A DNA stretch of 64,000 bases from an uncultured Gammaproteobacteria bacterium (GCA_963756845.1 CAVWPD010000008.1:358234-422233), one strand, 5' to 3'. Counted from the stretch's first letter, positions 20,521 through 30,097 are shown. Numbers and translations: made by a program. The notes: generated by a model from the sequence alone, not told the origin.

Positions 20521-22496
20521 GTGCTCGCGCAGCAGCCGGCGCAGCAACGAGCGGGGCACCGGGCACATCGGTGAACGCCACACCCGCCGCGCAATTCACG
20601 TTAAAGGCCATCATCCTTTCCATCATCCTCACGGTGATTCTGGCATCCGCCAATGCGTACGTGGGTTTGTTCGTTGGCTTGACGGTGGCCACGGCCATAC
20701 CGGCCGCGGTGATCTCCATGGCCCTGCTGCCGCTGTTCGGCAAGACCAATATTCTCGAGAACAACATCGTCGCCACCGGCGCATCGGCCGGCTCATCGAT
20801 CGCGTCCGGGGCGATCTTCACCCTGCCCGCACTCATTCTTCTGCATCACTGGTCGAGCTTCGATTACTGGTGGACGTTGGCGATTGTCGGTCTCGGCGGA
20901 TTGCTCGGCGTCTTGTTCTCGGTACCGCTGCGCCGCTCGCTCATCATCGAGGAGAAACTTAAGTTTCCCGAGGGCGTTGCGGCCGCGGAGGTGCTCAAAG
21001 TAGGAGCCAACCCCGGTGCGGGCGCCAAGGTCCTAGGATTGGCCAGTATCATTGCCGGGCTTTTCAAGCTGGTGACTTCCGGTTTTGGGTTGCTGCCCGA
21101 GACCTTTGTCGCCAAGTCCTTCATCGGCGAGCGGGGCATCGCGTTTTTCAGCTTTTCTTTCTCGCCGGTGCTCTTGGGCGTGGGCTACATCGTGGGGCTC
21201 AATGTTGCGATTCTGATCGCGGCCGGCGGCTTGTTTTCTTGGTGGCTGGCAATCCCTCTCTACAACAGTTTCTTCTTCGATCACGATCCGGTGTTGCTGC
21301 ACAAGCTGGTCGGTCTGGATCCTGAGGACGCCGCCTTTGCCATTTGGCGCGCGCAGGTGCGCTACATCGGCGTCGGCTGCATGCTGACCGGTGCGTTCTG
21401 GGCGCTGTGGTCCTTGCGCAAGTCCCTGTGGAAGGCCGTCAAGAGCGGACTTAAGGCCAGCGCAAAAGGGGCCGCGAGCACCACGCACACCGAGCGCGAT
21501 CTGCCCATGGGTGCGGTGCTGTTGGGAATCGCCTTATTCGTGATTCCGCTGTTCGTACTGTACTACCTGGTGGTGGGGAGCCTGGGCGTAGCCCTCGCGA
21601 TGGCCATTATCATGATCATCGCGGGCTTCCTGTTTTCATCGGTGAGCGGATACATGGCCGGTCTGGTCGGCTCGTCGAACAATCCGGTCTCGGGCATCAC
21701 CATTTGCACCATTTTATTCGCCTCGCTGGTGCTCATGTGGATGGTCGGCGGCAAATCTGCGATTGGCGCGGTCGCTGTGGTATTCATCGGCGCGGTGGTG
21801 TGCAACGCCGCGGCGGTCGCCGGCGATAACCTGCAGGATTTGAAGGCCGGCCAGCTCATCGGCGCGACCCCCTGGCGTCAGCAGGTCATGCTCGGCGTTG
21901 GCGTGATCGCGAGCGCCGCGGTCATGGCGCCCGTGATGAATGTATTGCTGTTTGCCTATGGCATCGGGGAGCCGGCCCACGCCGGCGTCAAAGCATTGCC
22001 GGCGCCGCAGGCCAACTTGGTGAAATCGGTGGCCGAGGGCATGTTCGGCGGCACGCTGCCGTTTGTGATGATTGCCATCGGCGCTGCCATCGGCGTGCTG
22101 ATCATCCTCCTGGACTTGTATCTGAAGCACCGCGGCTCGCGCTGGAGCGCGCCCGTACTGGCGGTGGCGGTGGGCATTTATCTGCCGCTGGATGTTTCCA
22201 CGCCCGTGCTGGCCGGCGGCATCGTCGCGGAAATGGTTGCCCGTTTTCATCGCCGTCGGCACGAGGCGGACGATCATGAAAAGCTCGCACAGAACGGCAT
22301 GCTGTTTTCGGCGGGCCTGATTACCGGCGAGGCCTTGGTGGGTATTTTCATTGCCATCTGTATCTGGGTCAGCAAGAAGCCCGGGGTGTTGGATTTGGGT
22401 GTCAGCCTGCCCGGCGCACAGTGGATCGCCGCCGTACTGCTGTTGGGCGTGTGCTATTGGATTTTCCGCGCCGGCACCCCGCGCCGCGCCGAGTAG
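20517..22496 (+). CDS. OPT family oligopeptide transporter
   Basis: ATGA overlap with the POT gene. The 659-aa polytopic protein has OPT-type segments (NAYVGLFVGLTV, SVSGYMAGLVGSSNNPVSG, DLKAGQLIGATP). Confidence 0.85.
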   Translation: MSARAAAGAATSGAPGTSVNATPAAQFTLKAIILSIILTVILASANAYVGLFVGLTVATAIPAAVISMALLPLFGKTNILENNIVATGASAGSSIASGAIFTLPALILLHHWSSFDYWWTLAIVGLGGLLGVLFSVPLRRSLIIEEKLKFPEGVAAAEVLKVGANPGAGAKVLGLASIIAGLFKLVTSGFGLLPETFVAKSFIGERGIAFFSFSFSPVLLGVGYIVGLNVAILIAAGGLFSWWLAIPLYNSFFFDHDPVLLHKLVGLDPEDAAFAIWRAQVRYIGVGCMLTGAFWALWSLRKSLWKAVKSGLKASAKGAASTTHTERDLPMGAVLLGIALFVIPLFVLYYLVVGSLGVALAMAIIMIIAGFLFSSVSGYMAGLVGSSNNPVSGITICTILFASLVLMWMVGGKSAIGAVAVVFIGAVVCNAAAVAGDNLQDLKAGQLIGATPWRQQVMLGVGVIASAAVMAPVMNVLLFAYGIGEPAHAGVKALPAPQANLVKSVAEGMFGGTLPFVMIAIGAAIGVLIILLDLYLKHRGSRWSAPVLAVAVGIYLPLDVSTPVLAGGIVAEMVARFHRRRHEADDHEKLAQNGMLFSAGLITGEALVGIFIAICIWVSKKPGVLDLGVSLPGAQWIAAVLLLGVCYWIFRAGTPRRAE

Positions 22497-22497
22497 A

Positions 22498-23427
22498 TTG
22501 CACAACCGAAGAAAATCCACTGCCCTGATACTGTGTCTCGGCACCGTGTATGTCGTGTGGGGATCGGCGTTTCTATTTACCAAGATAGCCGTCGAGAACC
22601 TGCCTGCCGCGATGTTCGCAGGAATTCGCTTTGTCACGGCCGGCATTCTGCTTACCCTCATCGCCTGCCTGGTGAGCGGGGCCCGCCTGCCCGCTCGCCG
22701 GCAGGAATGGCGTCATGTCATCGTCGCGGGCTTTTTCATGGTTTTTGTGAGCAATGGATTGAATACCTGGGCCATGCAATACATCCCGAGCAATCAATCG
22801 GCTTTGCTCAACGGCACCTCGGCCTTCTGGATCGCCGGATTGGGCGTATTCGGCCAGCGCGGCCATCCGCTGACGCGATGGGCGATCGTGGGTCTGGTCA
22901 TCGGATTCGTGGGCGCCGTATTGATGCTGCTGCCGCAGGGACACCTGAGCTCAAAAGGATTGCTGCCGCAGCTGGCCGTGCTGGCCGCGTGCGCCGCGTG
23001 GTCGTTGGGGACCCTTTACTATCGCAGCATCGATACTCAGTTGAGTTCGATGCTGTTCATGGCGCTGCAGATGCTCATGGGCGGGCTGATGCTGCTGCTC
23101 TTGGCGCTGCTGCGCGGCGATTCGATGCCCTGGCCGCCCAATGCGCCCGGACTGATTGCCATGGGCTATCTGACTTTTTTCAGCTCCTGCCTGGCCTATA
23201 CCGCGTACGGTTGGCTGACGATGAATGCCACGCCGGCGGTCATCTCGACGTATAGCTACGTTAATCCGGCGATTGCGGTGTTTCTCGGCTGGCAATTTCT
23301 GGATGAGCATCTGTCCGGCTTGCAGCTTGTCGGCATGGTAGTCATCATCATCGGCGTGAGTATTCTGACCCTGCCCGGCGGCAGTCTCGCGGATCCTAAG
23401 ACCCTGGCGGAACCGAAGACTCAATAG
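22498..23427 (+). CDS. EamA/DMT family transporter
   Basis: About ten TM segments with two EamA halves (VWGSAFLFTKIAV...). There is no in-frame ATG near the first TM, so the TTG at 22498 is proposed. The start is uncertain. Confidence 0.7.
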   Translation: MHNRRKSTALILCLGTVYVVWGSAFLFTKIAVENLPAAMFAGIRFVTAGILLTLIACLVSGARLPARRQEWRHVIVAGFFMVFVSNGLNTWAMQYIPSNQSALLNGTSAFWIAGLGVFGQRGHPLTRWAIVGLVIGFVGAVLMLLPQGHLSSKGLLPQLAVLAACAAWSLGTLYYRSIDTQLSSMLFMALQMLMGGLMLLLLALLRGDSMPWPPNAPGLIAMGYLTFFSSCLAYTAYGWLTMNATPAVISTYSYVNPAIAVFLGWQFLDEHLSGLQLVGMVVIIIGVSILTLPGGSLADPKTLAEPKTQ

Positions 23428-23429
23428 CC

Positions 23430-23993
23430 ATGAATGCATCGCTCGACGCCGGCCCCGACCCTGCATCTTCCGAATCGGCGAAGCTCGGCCGTTTGGCGCT
23501 GCTCGGTTTCATTCTCACCTTCATCGCGGCGCGCACGGTGGTGCTGCTCATCATGTCGCACCGGATGCCGAATCTCTATTTCTTCCTGCGCGGCACGCAC
23601 GTGCATCACTTGAACTACGGCATCTTTCTGCTCGCGGCTGTCGGCGCCTACCTGCTGTTCGGCATTCGCAGCGGCAAGGATCTGCGCGTGGCTGCGGTTG
23701 CCTATGGCATCGCCATGGCGTTGACGTTCGATGAATTCGGCATGTGGCTGCACCTCGGCGGCAGCTATTGGCAGCGCGCCAGCGTGGATGCCATCATCGT
23801 CGTTGCGGCGGTGCTCGGCTTCATTGGGTTCGCTTCCGCGATACGCCGTTTCGAATCGCGCCACATCAAGGCATTTGCCGCCATTTTCATCGCCCTCATC
23901 GCCTTCGGCGTGGTCTTGTACGACACCTCGCTACACATCGGCGCGGTGGAGGGGCCGCGTCTCGAGGCGCTGGAATTATCGTCCTCGCCTTGA
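23430..23993 (+). CDS. hypothetical integral membrane protein; its 3' end is duplicated at 32303..32356
   Basis: 187 aa with 4-5 hydrophobic segments and an HVHHLNYG motif. No family recognised. Confidence 0.6.
   Translation: MNASLDAGPDPASSESAKLGRLALLGFILTFIAARTVVLLIMSHRMPNLYFFLRGTHVHHLNYGIFLLAAVGAYLLFGIRSGKDLRVAAVAYGIAMALTFDEFGMWLHLGGSYWQRASVDAIIVVAAVLGFIGFASAIRRFESRHIKAFAAIFIALIAFGVVLYDTSLHIGAVEGPRLEALELSSSP
23908..23962. repeat. direct repeat copy 1 (candidate attL)
   Basis: The sequence gcgtggtcttgtacgacacctcgctacacatcggcgcggtggaggggccgcgtct recurs at 32303..32356 with one G missing from the G-run (hand alignment). Confidence 0.9.
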
Positions 23994-24432
23994 GCCCGGT
24001 CGCCTCCCACCGGACCAGCTGCTCCGTCCAGTACGGAGTATGTATAACTTGCATTTCCAGGGACCTCGACTCCCCTCGCCAATCGGTTGCAAAGGGCCTA
24101 TTCGCCTTGGAGTCCGCCATCGCGCGCCTCACCGATACCTTCGCCCACGGCAGCCCGGCCGTTCAATTCGACGCCGCGACAACCGGGGGCGGCGCCATCC
24201 GCAAGATTTGCGGGGCCTATTCCACCACCCGCACGTCGAAACTCGAGCCCAAGCCGTTTCTGCGCTCATTGCCGGTATATCGGCATGTCTCAACTTCGTG
24301 ATCCCGATTCCCGCAAGGCGCTTTGAGCACCACAGAACGAGCCCTTCAAGACAGAACTGTTGCCATGCTAGGCTTATCGACCCAGAGTTTAGGGTCAGCC
24401 CGCACAGGCTGGGCACCGCGATCGGAGTGTCA

Positions 24433-25740
24433 ATGACGAAAATCAGTGCGGATCTTGCAGGTCTTGCTCAGCACTTGAATTCCCGTCGGGAAGCCATCCT
24501 CATGGCGTGGCGAGCTGCAGTGAAAAGGGACCCGAGTTTGACCACGAGCGACGCACTGCCTCGTGAGGATTTGTACGATCATATCCCGGCACTGCTGCAC
24601 ACGTTTACGCGCGCACTCGCGAACCCCGACGCCAATGAAGTCAATCACGTGAGTGCTGCGGCGCATAGTTCAGCCGCGGCTCACGGCTTGCAGCGATGGC
24701 AGCAAGGATATGATTTGCGCGAAGTCACGCGCGAACTTGGCAAGCTCAACGAATGCATGGTCTCGGAGCTACAAGACTACACGGCGGCGAATCCAGAACT
24801 CTCCCGCATGGCAGTCGCGACCGCGCATCGAATTTGGGCCGCCTTGTGCAGCGCGGGTATAGAAGAAAGCGTCGCACAGTACTTTCAGCTTCAACAGCAG
24901 GAAGCCGCCGGCCACGCAAAGGATCTGGAAAGCGCGCTCCAAGAAATACGCGCTTTGGAGCAACAGCGAGGCGATTTGTGGCAACAGGCTGCTCACGATC
25001 TTCGCGGCAACTTAGGGATCGTGGCGAACGCCACCGTGGGGCTCACCAATAGCACGCTGCGTGAAACCTCGCGTGACGAGTTCGTGCGCATTTTAATGCG
25101 CAACGTAACTTCGCTGCATCACCTCTTGGATGACGTCACGAGCCTCGCACGTTTACAAGCCGGTCGGGAATCGCGCCGCATTGAATCTCTGGACATCTCC
25201 TCGATCATGCAGCAGTTGTGCGAAGGCATTCGTCCCGTCGCGCAGCAACGCCAGCTTTTTCTGCGTTGTGAGGGACCCCCTGGCTTCGCCGCCGAGGGCG
25301 ATGCGATCAAGTTGCGGCGCGTCGCGCAAAATTTGATTCTCAACGCGGTCAAATATACCGCTCAGGGGGGCGTCACCGTGAAATGGGGCGACAGTGATGA
25401 GAATGATGCCAAGCGCTGGGAGCTCTGCGTTTTCGATACAGGCCCCGGACTCCACACCAAGTCCGGCACGCCTTTGGCGGGCGCTCTGGAAAGACCGGAT
25501 CTTCCCTCGTTGCCGTGCGGCACTGATAGAAGTACCGACGCGACCGGCGCGAAGCAGATAAATCACCTCCAGCAGGAGAATAAGAGCGGCCAATCTCCGA
25601 TCGACGAACCGGGCGAAGGCATCGGTCTTTCGATCGTCAAGCGACTCTGTGACATGTTGGACGCCACCATCGAACTCAAGTCTGAGCCTAATATTGGCAC
25701 CAGCTTTCGAATTCTGTTTCCGCGACACTACAATACTTGA
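24433..25740 (+). CDS. cytoplasmic sensor histidine kinase (RsbRD-N-like sensor domain), no adjacent response regulator
   Basis: From the ATG at 24433: MTKISADLAGLAQHLNSRREAILMAWRAAV.... H-box AAHDLRGNLG, N-box NLILNAVKYT, G-boxes DTGPGL and GEGIGLSIVKRL. The ORF-track start at 23731 overlaps the upstream gene. Confidence 0.8.
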   Translation: MTKISADLAGLAQHLNSRREAILMAWRAAVKRDPSLTTSDALPREDLYDHIPALLHTFTRALANPDANEVNHVSAAAHSSAAAHGLQRWQQGYDLREVTRELGKLNECMVSELQDYTAANPELSRMAVATAHRIWAALCSAGIEESVAQYFQLQQQEAAGHAKDLESALQEIRALEQQRGDLWQQAAHDLRGNLGIVANATVGLTNSTLRETSRDEFVRILMRNVTSLHHLLDDVTSLARLQAGRESRRIESLDISSIMQQLCEGIRPVAQQRQLFLRCEGPPGFAAEGDAIKLRRVAQNLILNAVKYTAQGGVTVKWGDSDENDAKRWELCVFDTGPGLHTKSGTPLAGALERPDLPSLPCGTDRSTDATGAKQINHLQQENKSGQSPIDEPGEGIGLSIVKRLCDMLDATIELKSEPNIGTSFRILFPRHYNT

Positions 25741-26276
25741 TTGTCTTAAACCTCGGCGTGGCGATGCTCTGTTCGTCGGCTAGCCGCGGCCTCATATGGA
25801 CTCCCGTCCACACTTCGTTCCCTGGACACAGGCCTATCTCCGACAGGCCCTCTGGGTGCGACAGCACCGAGCCCGCGACTGCGGGCGTCCCTCTGTGCAT
25901 GGCCACCGCACTTGAGTTTGGATTCGATCATTTACAGGAATGGCCGTCCGGAGTCGGCCAATGGACTAAACCGCTCTACAGGGACTTTCCCGCGAGTCAA
26001 GCAGCTTCGTTAATTTTCATCTTCTCTTTCCATGTCTTGATGCTCGATTCAGATGCAACGCCACAGAGAACAGACTGCACATCTACAGACGGCCTTGTTG
26101 CACCGCCGTCGGTGCGGGCCCAGATACGAACCGCTCAGCAGGACTCCATTCGCGCGTCGTCTTTACCCCGAAGGGCTCAACATGCGGTTTACCGAGTTCG
26201 CCTGCTGCCGGTCTGACCTGTGTAATGCATCTTCGTGAGCACGTTTTCGGCAAAGATCTTGGTCTTGGCGGTTTGG

Positions 26277-27374
26277 TCACGCTGCTATGGTCGGTATGGC
26301 CAAGGCAGGCCCATCGGGTTTGACTGAGACATGATTGGCGTCGAAGCGTCGCCCCTTGACCAGTACCGCCCACAAGATTCGGGCGTTCTTGTTCGCTAGC
26401 GCCACCACGGCTTTTTGCCAGCCGACTCTGATCACCAACTGCACTAACCACTGTGAGATCCGATCTCGACGCTTGTGCGCCGTCATCACTGCGGATTTCG
26501 CCCCCTGGATCAGCAACGTGCGCAGGTAATCGTTCCCGCGCTTCGTGATGCCACCAAGTCTGGACTTTCCGCCGCTGGAGTTTTGGCTCGGAACTACGCC
26601 AAGCCAGGAGCTGAACTGGGCGCCTGTTTTGAACTGTTTGAAGTCACCGACACTAGCCACCAGCGCCGATGCGGTGACCGGGCCGATGCCGCACAGTTGC
26701 ATTGCGGCCTTGGCCTGATCGTCGCTGCGAACATGAGCGAGAATGCACTCGTCGCACCAGGCAATATGGCAGTCCAGCTCCGCCCACTGCATTTGCGCTC
26801 GCTGGAGCGCCATGCGCGCCAGGGAAGACAGTTCGTTGCTGGCGTCCTCCAGCAACTCAGGCAGCGCCCGGCGCAGAGCCTCGGGACTTTGCGCAATCAC
26901 TATACCGAACTCGGTGAGCAGACCTCGGATGCGATTCAGGCATGCCGTGCGCTCCTCCTTGTAGCCCTCGCGCAGCCGATGCACGGCAAGTTGCCCCTGC
27001 TGCATGGCCGTCTTCACGGGCACGAACCGCATGCTCGGACGCGATGCCGCCTCACACACCGCTGCCGCGTCGTTGGCGTCGTTCTTGCCAGCCTTGCCTT
27101 GCATGCGATACGGACCGACGAAGTGGCCGGCGATCAGGCGCGGCTGAAGCCCCATCGCCGTAAGTTTCCGCGCCCAATGATGTGCCCCACCGCATGACTC
27201 CATCGCCACCACACAACCCGGCGGTAGCTGTACACACCAGGCCGTGAACCGATCTCGAGCCAATGCCTTGGCCGCCACCACGCGGCCGGCGCTGTCAACT
27301 GCATGCACCTGAATCACGTGCTTAGCCAGATCGACCCCTACTCGAACGATTTCACCGTGCGTAAGTTGCTCCAT
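26277..27374 (-). CDS. IS110 family transposase/recombinase
   Basis: From the ATG at 27374: MEQLTHGEIVRVGVDLAKHVIQVHAV...AMESCGGAHHW...KNDANDAAAV...GGITKRGNDYLRTLL. This shows the DEDD-type N domain plus the C-terminal Tnp domain typical of IS110. Confidence 0.9.
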   Translation of the reverse strand: MEQLTHGEIVRVGVDLAKHVIQVHAVDSAGRVVAAKALARDRFTAWCVQLPPGCVVAMESCGGAHHWARKLTAMGLQPRLIAGHFVGPYRMQGKAGKNDANDAAAVCEAASRPSMRFVPVKTAMQQGQLAVHRLREGYKEERTACLNRIRGLLTEFGIVIAQSPEALRRALPELLEDASNELSSLARMALQRAQMQWAELDCHIAWCDECILAHVRSDDQAKAAMQLCGIGPVTASALVASVGDFKQFKTGAQFSSWLGVVPSQNSSGGKSRLGGITKRGNDYLRTLLIQGAKSAVMTAHKRRDRISQWLVQLVIRVGWQKAVVALANKNARILWAVLVKGRRFDANHVSVKPDGPALAIPTIAA

Positions 27375-27533
27375 GAGTTTCCCCTTTTCCCAATTCCGAT
27401 TGATGACTCGGCACCACCCATTTTGACGCCTCAGCGCCGTCGCAGGTTGTGGAAAGTCCCTTCGTATTCGCGCGGTAGGGGTGGCTTCGATCAGGCGTCG
27501 GAGAGGCTGACCACTGAGGATTCTGTTTCGTAA

Positions 27534-27568
27534 GTTGCGAAGTGAGGCATTCCGCCTCGTATCGCAAC
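27534..27568. repeat. imperfect hairpin immediately upstream of the integrase start
   Basis: In gttgcga-agt-gaggc-attcc-gcctc-gta-tcgcaac, a 7-bp and a 5-bp arm pair around a 3x3 internal loop. The GGAG Shine-Dalgarno follows at 27571. Confidence 0.7.
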
Positions 27569-27581
27569 CCGGAGCAGAGCC

Positions 27582-28463
27582 ATGAACGATTCCCCTCGAG
27601 AGATTTCCCCGCTGCGTCAACGGATGCTGGAGGACATGCGGCTGCGCAAGCTCGCACCCCACACGCAGGCGGGTTACGTGCGTGCAGTTCGCAAGCTGGC
27701 AGTCTACCTGCGCCGTCCACCCGATACCGCGACGGTCGAGGATCTGCGCAACTTCCAGCTGCACTTGGTCGATCAAGGCACCTCGCCGATTACCCTCAAC
27801 GCCACGATCACGGGGCTCAAGTTCTTCTTCGACGTGACGCTCGACCGCGCCGAGCTGATGTCGAAGATGAAGCCGGTCTTTGTGCCGCGCACGCTGCCGG
27901 TCGTGTTGAGCCGGGAGGAGGTCAGTTCGCTGATCGCGGCGACCAAGAACTTGAAGCATCAGACGGCCCTCTCGGTTGCCTATGGTGCCGGACTTCGCGC
28001 CAACGAAGTCATCTCGCTGAAGGTCGGAGACGTCGATAGCACGCGCATGACGCTGCGTATCCAGCAAGGCAAGGGCGGCAAAGATCGCTACGCCATGCTC
28101 TCGCCGGTGATGCTTGAGCGGCTGCGCACCTGGTGGCGGGTCGCCCGTGCCCAAGGCAAGATGCTCGACGGTGGTTGGCTGTTTCCGGGACTGAACCCCG
28201 TTGAGCCTCTGACCGCCCGTCAACTAAACCGCGCCGTGCATGAGGCCAGGCTCGCAGCCCGCATCGACAAGCAGGTCTCCCTGCATACGCTGCGGCACAG
28301 CTTCGCCACCCACCTGCTCGAACAGAAGGTGGATATCCGCGTGATCCAGGTGCTGCTCGGCCACAAGAAGCTCGAGACGACGTCGCTCTATACCCACGTC
28401 GCTACCGAGATCCTGCGCCAGGTGATCGGTCCACTGGAGCCGGGTCCCGCCCCGACACCGTAG
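27582..28463 (+). CDS. tyrosine-type recombinase/integrase (type found paired with IS91 transposases)
   Basis: 293 aa. Catalytic pattern GLRANEV ... HTLRHSFATHLL ... LGHKKLETTSLYTHV (R..HxxR..H..Y) appears intact. Confidence 0.9.
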   Translation: MNDSPREISPLRQRMLEDMRLRKLAPHTQAGYVRAVRKLAVYLRRPPDTATVEDLRNFQLHLVDQGTSPITLNATITGLKFFFDVTLDRAELMSKMKPVFVPRTLPVVLSREEVSSLIAATKNLKHQTALSVAYGAGLRANEVISLKVGDVDSTRMTLRIQQGKGGKDRYAMLSPVMLERLRTWWRVARAQGKMLDGGWLFPGLNPVEPLTARQLNRAVHEARLAARIDKQVSLHTLRHSFATHLLEQKVDIRVIQVLLGHKKLETTSLYTHVATEILRQVIGPLEPGPAPTP

Positions 28464-28469
28464 CCGCGC

Positions 28470-29668
28470 GTGGAGCGCCCCGCCCTGGAGGTCGCGGATA
28501 TCTTCCGCGCCCACGGGCCGGCGTGGCGGCAGCACGAGCGCGGCCACTTGAGCCTCGGCCAGCTGAAGGTCATGTCGGCCATCGAACAGTGCCGCAGTGT
28601 CGCGCTCGGCGGCCACGCGCTGCGCTGCTCGTCGTGCGCCGAGCCGCAGATCGCCTACAACTCCTGTCGCAACCGGCACTGCCCGAAGTGCCAGAGTAGC
28701 GCCGCGCAGCGCTGGCTCGAGGCGCGGCAGGCGGATCTGTTGCCCGTGCCGTATTACCACGTGGTGTTCACTTTGCCGGCGCCCATCAGCGCCATCGCCT
28801 ATACCAACAAGGAGATTATTTATGGACTGCTGTTCGACATCGCCGCCGAGACGCTGCGCACGATCGCCGCCGATCCGAAGCACTTGGGTGCTCGGATCGG
28901 AACCACTCTGGTGCTGCATACCTGGGGCTCGGCGTTGACTCACCATCCGCACGTGCACGGCATCGTACCCGGCGGCGGCCTCGCGCCCGATGCCGACCGC
29001 TGGGTGCCCTGCAAGCCAGGGTTCTTCCTCTCGGTGCGGGTCCTCTCGCGCCTGTTTCGGCGTCGCTTCCTCGAAGAGTTGCAGAACCTGCATCGTGACG
29101 AGCAGTTGAAGTTCTTCGGCGATCACGTGGATCTGGCCGACGCGCAGGCCTTCGCCGATTGGCTCATGCCGCTGCGCCAGTGCGAGTGGGTCGTCTACGC
29201 CAAGCGGCCCTTCGCCGGACCCGAGCGGTGCTGGCGTATCTGTCTCGGTATACCCACCGCGTCGCCATCTCCAACTCACGACTCATCGCCAACGATGAAC
29301 GCGGCGTCACCTTCCGATGGAAAGACTACCGTGAGCACGGTCGCACGCGCTACAAAACGATGACCTTGGAGCACGAGGAGTTCATGCGCCGCTTCCTGCT
29401 GCACGTGCTGCCCTCAGGCTTTCATCGCATCCGCCACTACGGCTTCCTCGCCAACGCCCGCCGCAAGCACGATATCCCCGCCGTTCGCGAGCTCCTGCAT
29501 CAACCGCCACCCATGCCGCCCGCTGAGCCCGGCGACGGTAATGCCGATCACGCTTCCCACAGGCCTACCTTCCTCTGCCGACACTGCGGCGCCCCGATGC
29601 TCGTCATCGAGACCTTCGCGCGGGCTCAGCACATCCGCGGACCTCCGATCCCTTCGAGGTTGCCATGA
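28470..29668 (+). pseudogene. IS91 family transposase, disrupted by a 1-nt frameshift near 29225
   Basis: ORF 28470..29363 carries the Zn-finger region (CRNRHCPKCQ) and the HTWGSALTHHPHVHGIVPGGG (HUH) motif. Homology continues in ORF 29159..29668 (AVLAYLSRYTHRVAISN...FRWKDY...HRIRHYGFLAN). Reading cccgag(g)cggtgctg with one extra G restores the frame. Confidence 0.85.
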
Positions 29669-29897
29669 GCACACCATGCTCTACCCCGCAGTCCTCCTCC
29701 TCGGCACATCATCGCGCTTGGCTGAGGCGAACGCCCATGGTCATCGCCCCCGGCATCCATCGTTCTTGCACACGAGCGTCGCCAATATCACGGCTCCGGC
29801 CGCACCGGTTTTACATCCCGCAGCGCCGTGGCCCCCGCATCGGTTCCGCTATCAAGCTCGCCGGGCCCAGCGTCTTCGTTCAAATCCCCATAGCCCA

Positions 29898-29923
29898 CCG
29901 CACCCGCTGAGGCCTCAGTGCGG
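29898..29923. repeat. GC-rich hairpin about 230 nt downstream of the IS91 transposase
   Basis: In ccgcac-ccgc-tgagg/cctca-gtgcgg, the outer 6-bp arms pair and there is an inner palindrome. Confidence 0.6.
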
Positions 29924-30097
29924 CCCCGCGGTTTCCTCCCTTGGGGCTTGCCCACCATCTGCCCTCAACCCTCGTCGGGTACGGCATGCTCATCTCTGAC
30001 GGGCAGATAGCGGGCAACCCTTAACACATCCGGACAGTGACGGTCCCGAACTGGGTGCCATAAAGCGGCCATACGGTGTCTGAGGTAAACTTAGTGC

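Larger units (their letters stand above)
27534..29923 (+). mobile_element. IS91-family element carrying a tyrosine recombinase gene; boundaries only approximated by two hairpins
   Basis: An integrase plus IS91-type transposase gene pair, flanked by hairpins at 27534..27568 and 29898..29923. The true termini are not determined. Confidence 0.5.

Noticed and set aside
25695-25710. TGGCAC-N5-TTCGA, resembling a sigma-54 -24/-12 element
   Set aside because: The -12 element is off-consensus (TTCG instead of TTGC). The site is inside the 3' end of the histidine kinase gene, with no gene downstream.
26277-28223. 648-aa minus-strand ORF
   Set aside because: Only the C-terminal 365 aa (from the ATG at 27374) look like a protein, namely the IS110 transposase. 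The N-terminal extension is antisense to the clearly real integrase gene and reads as GC-rich noise.
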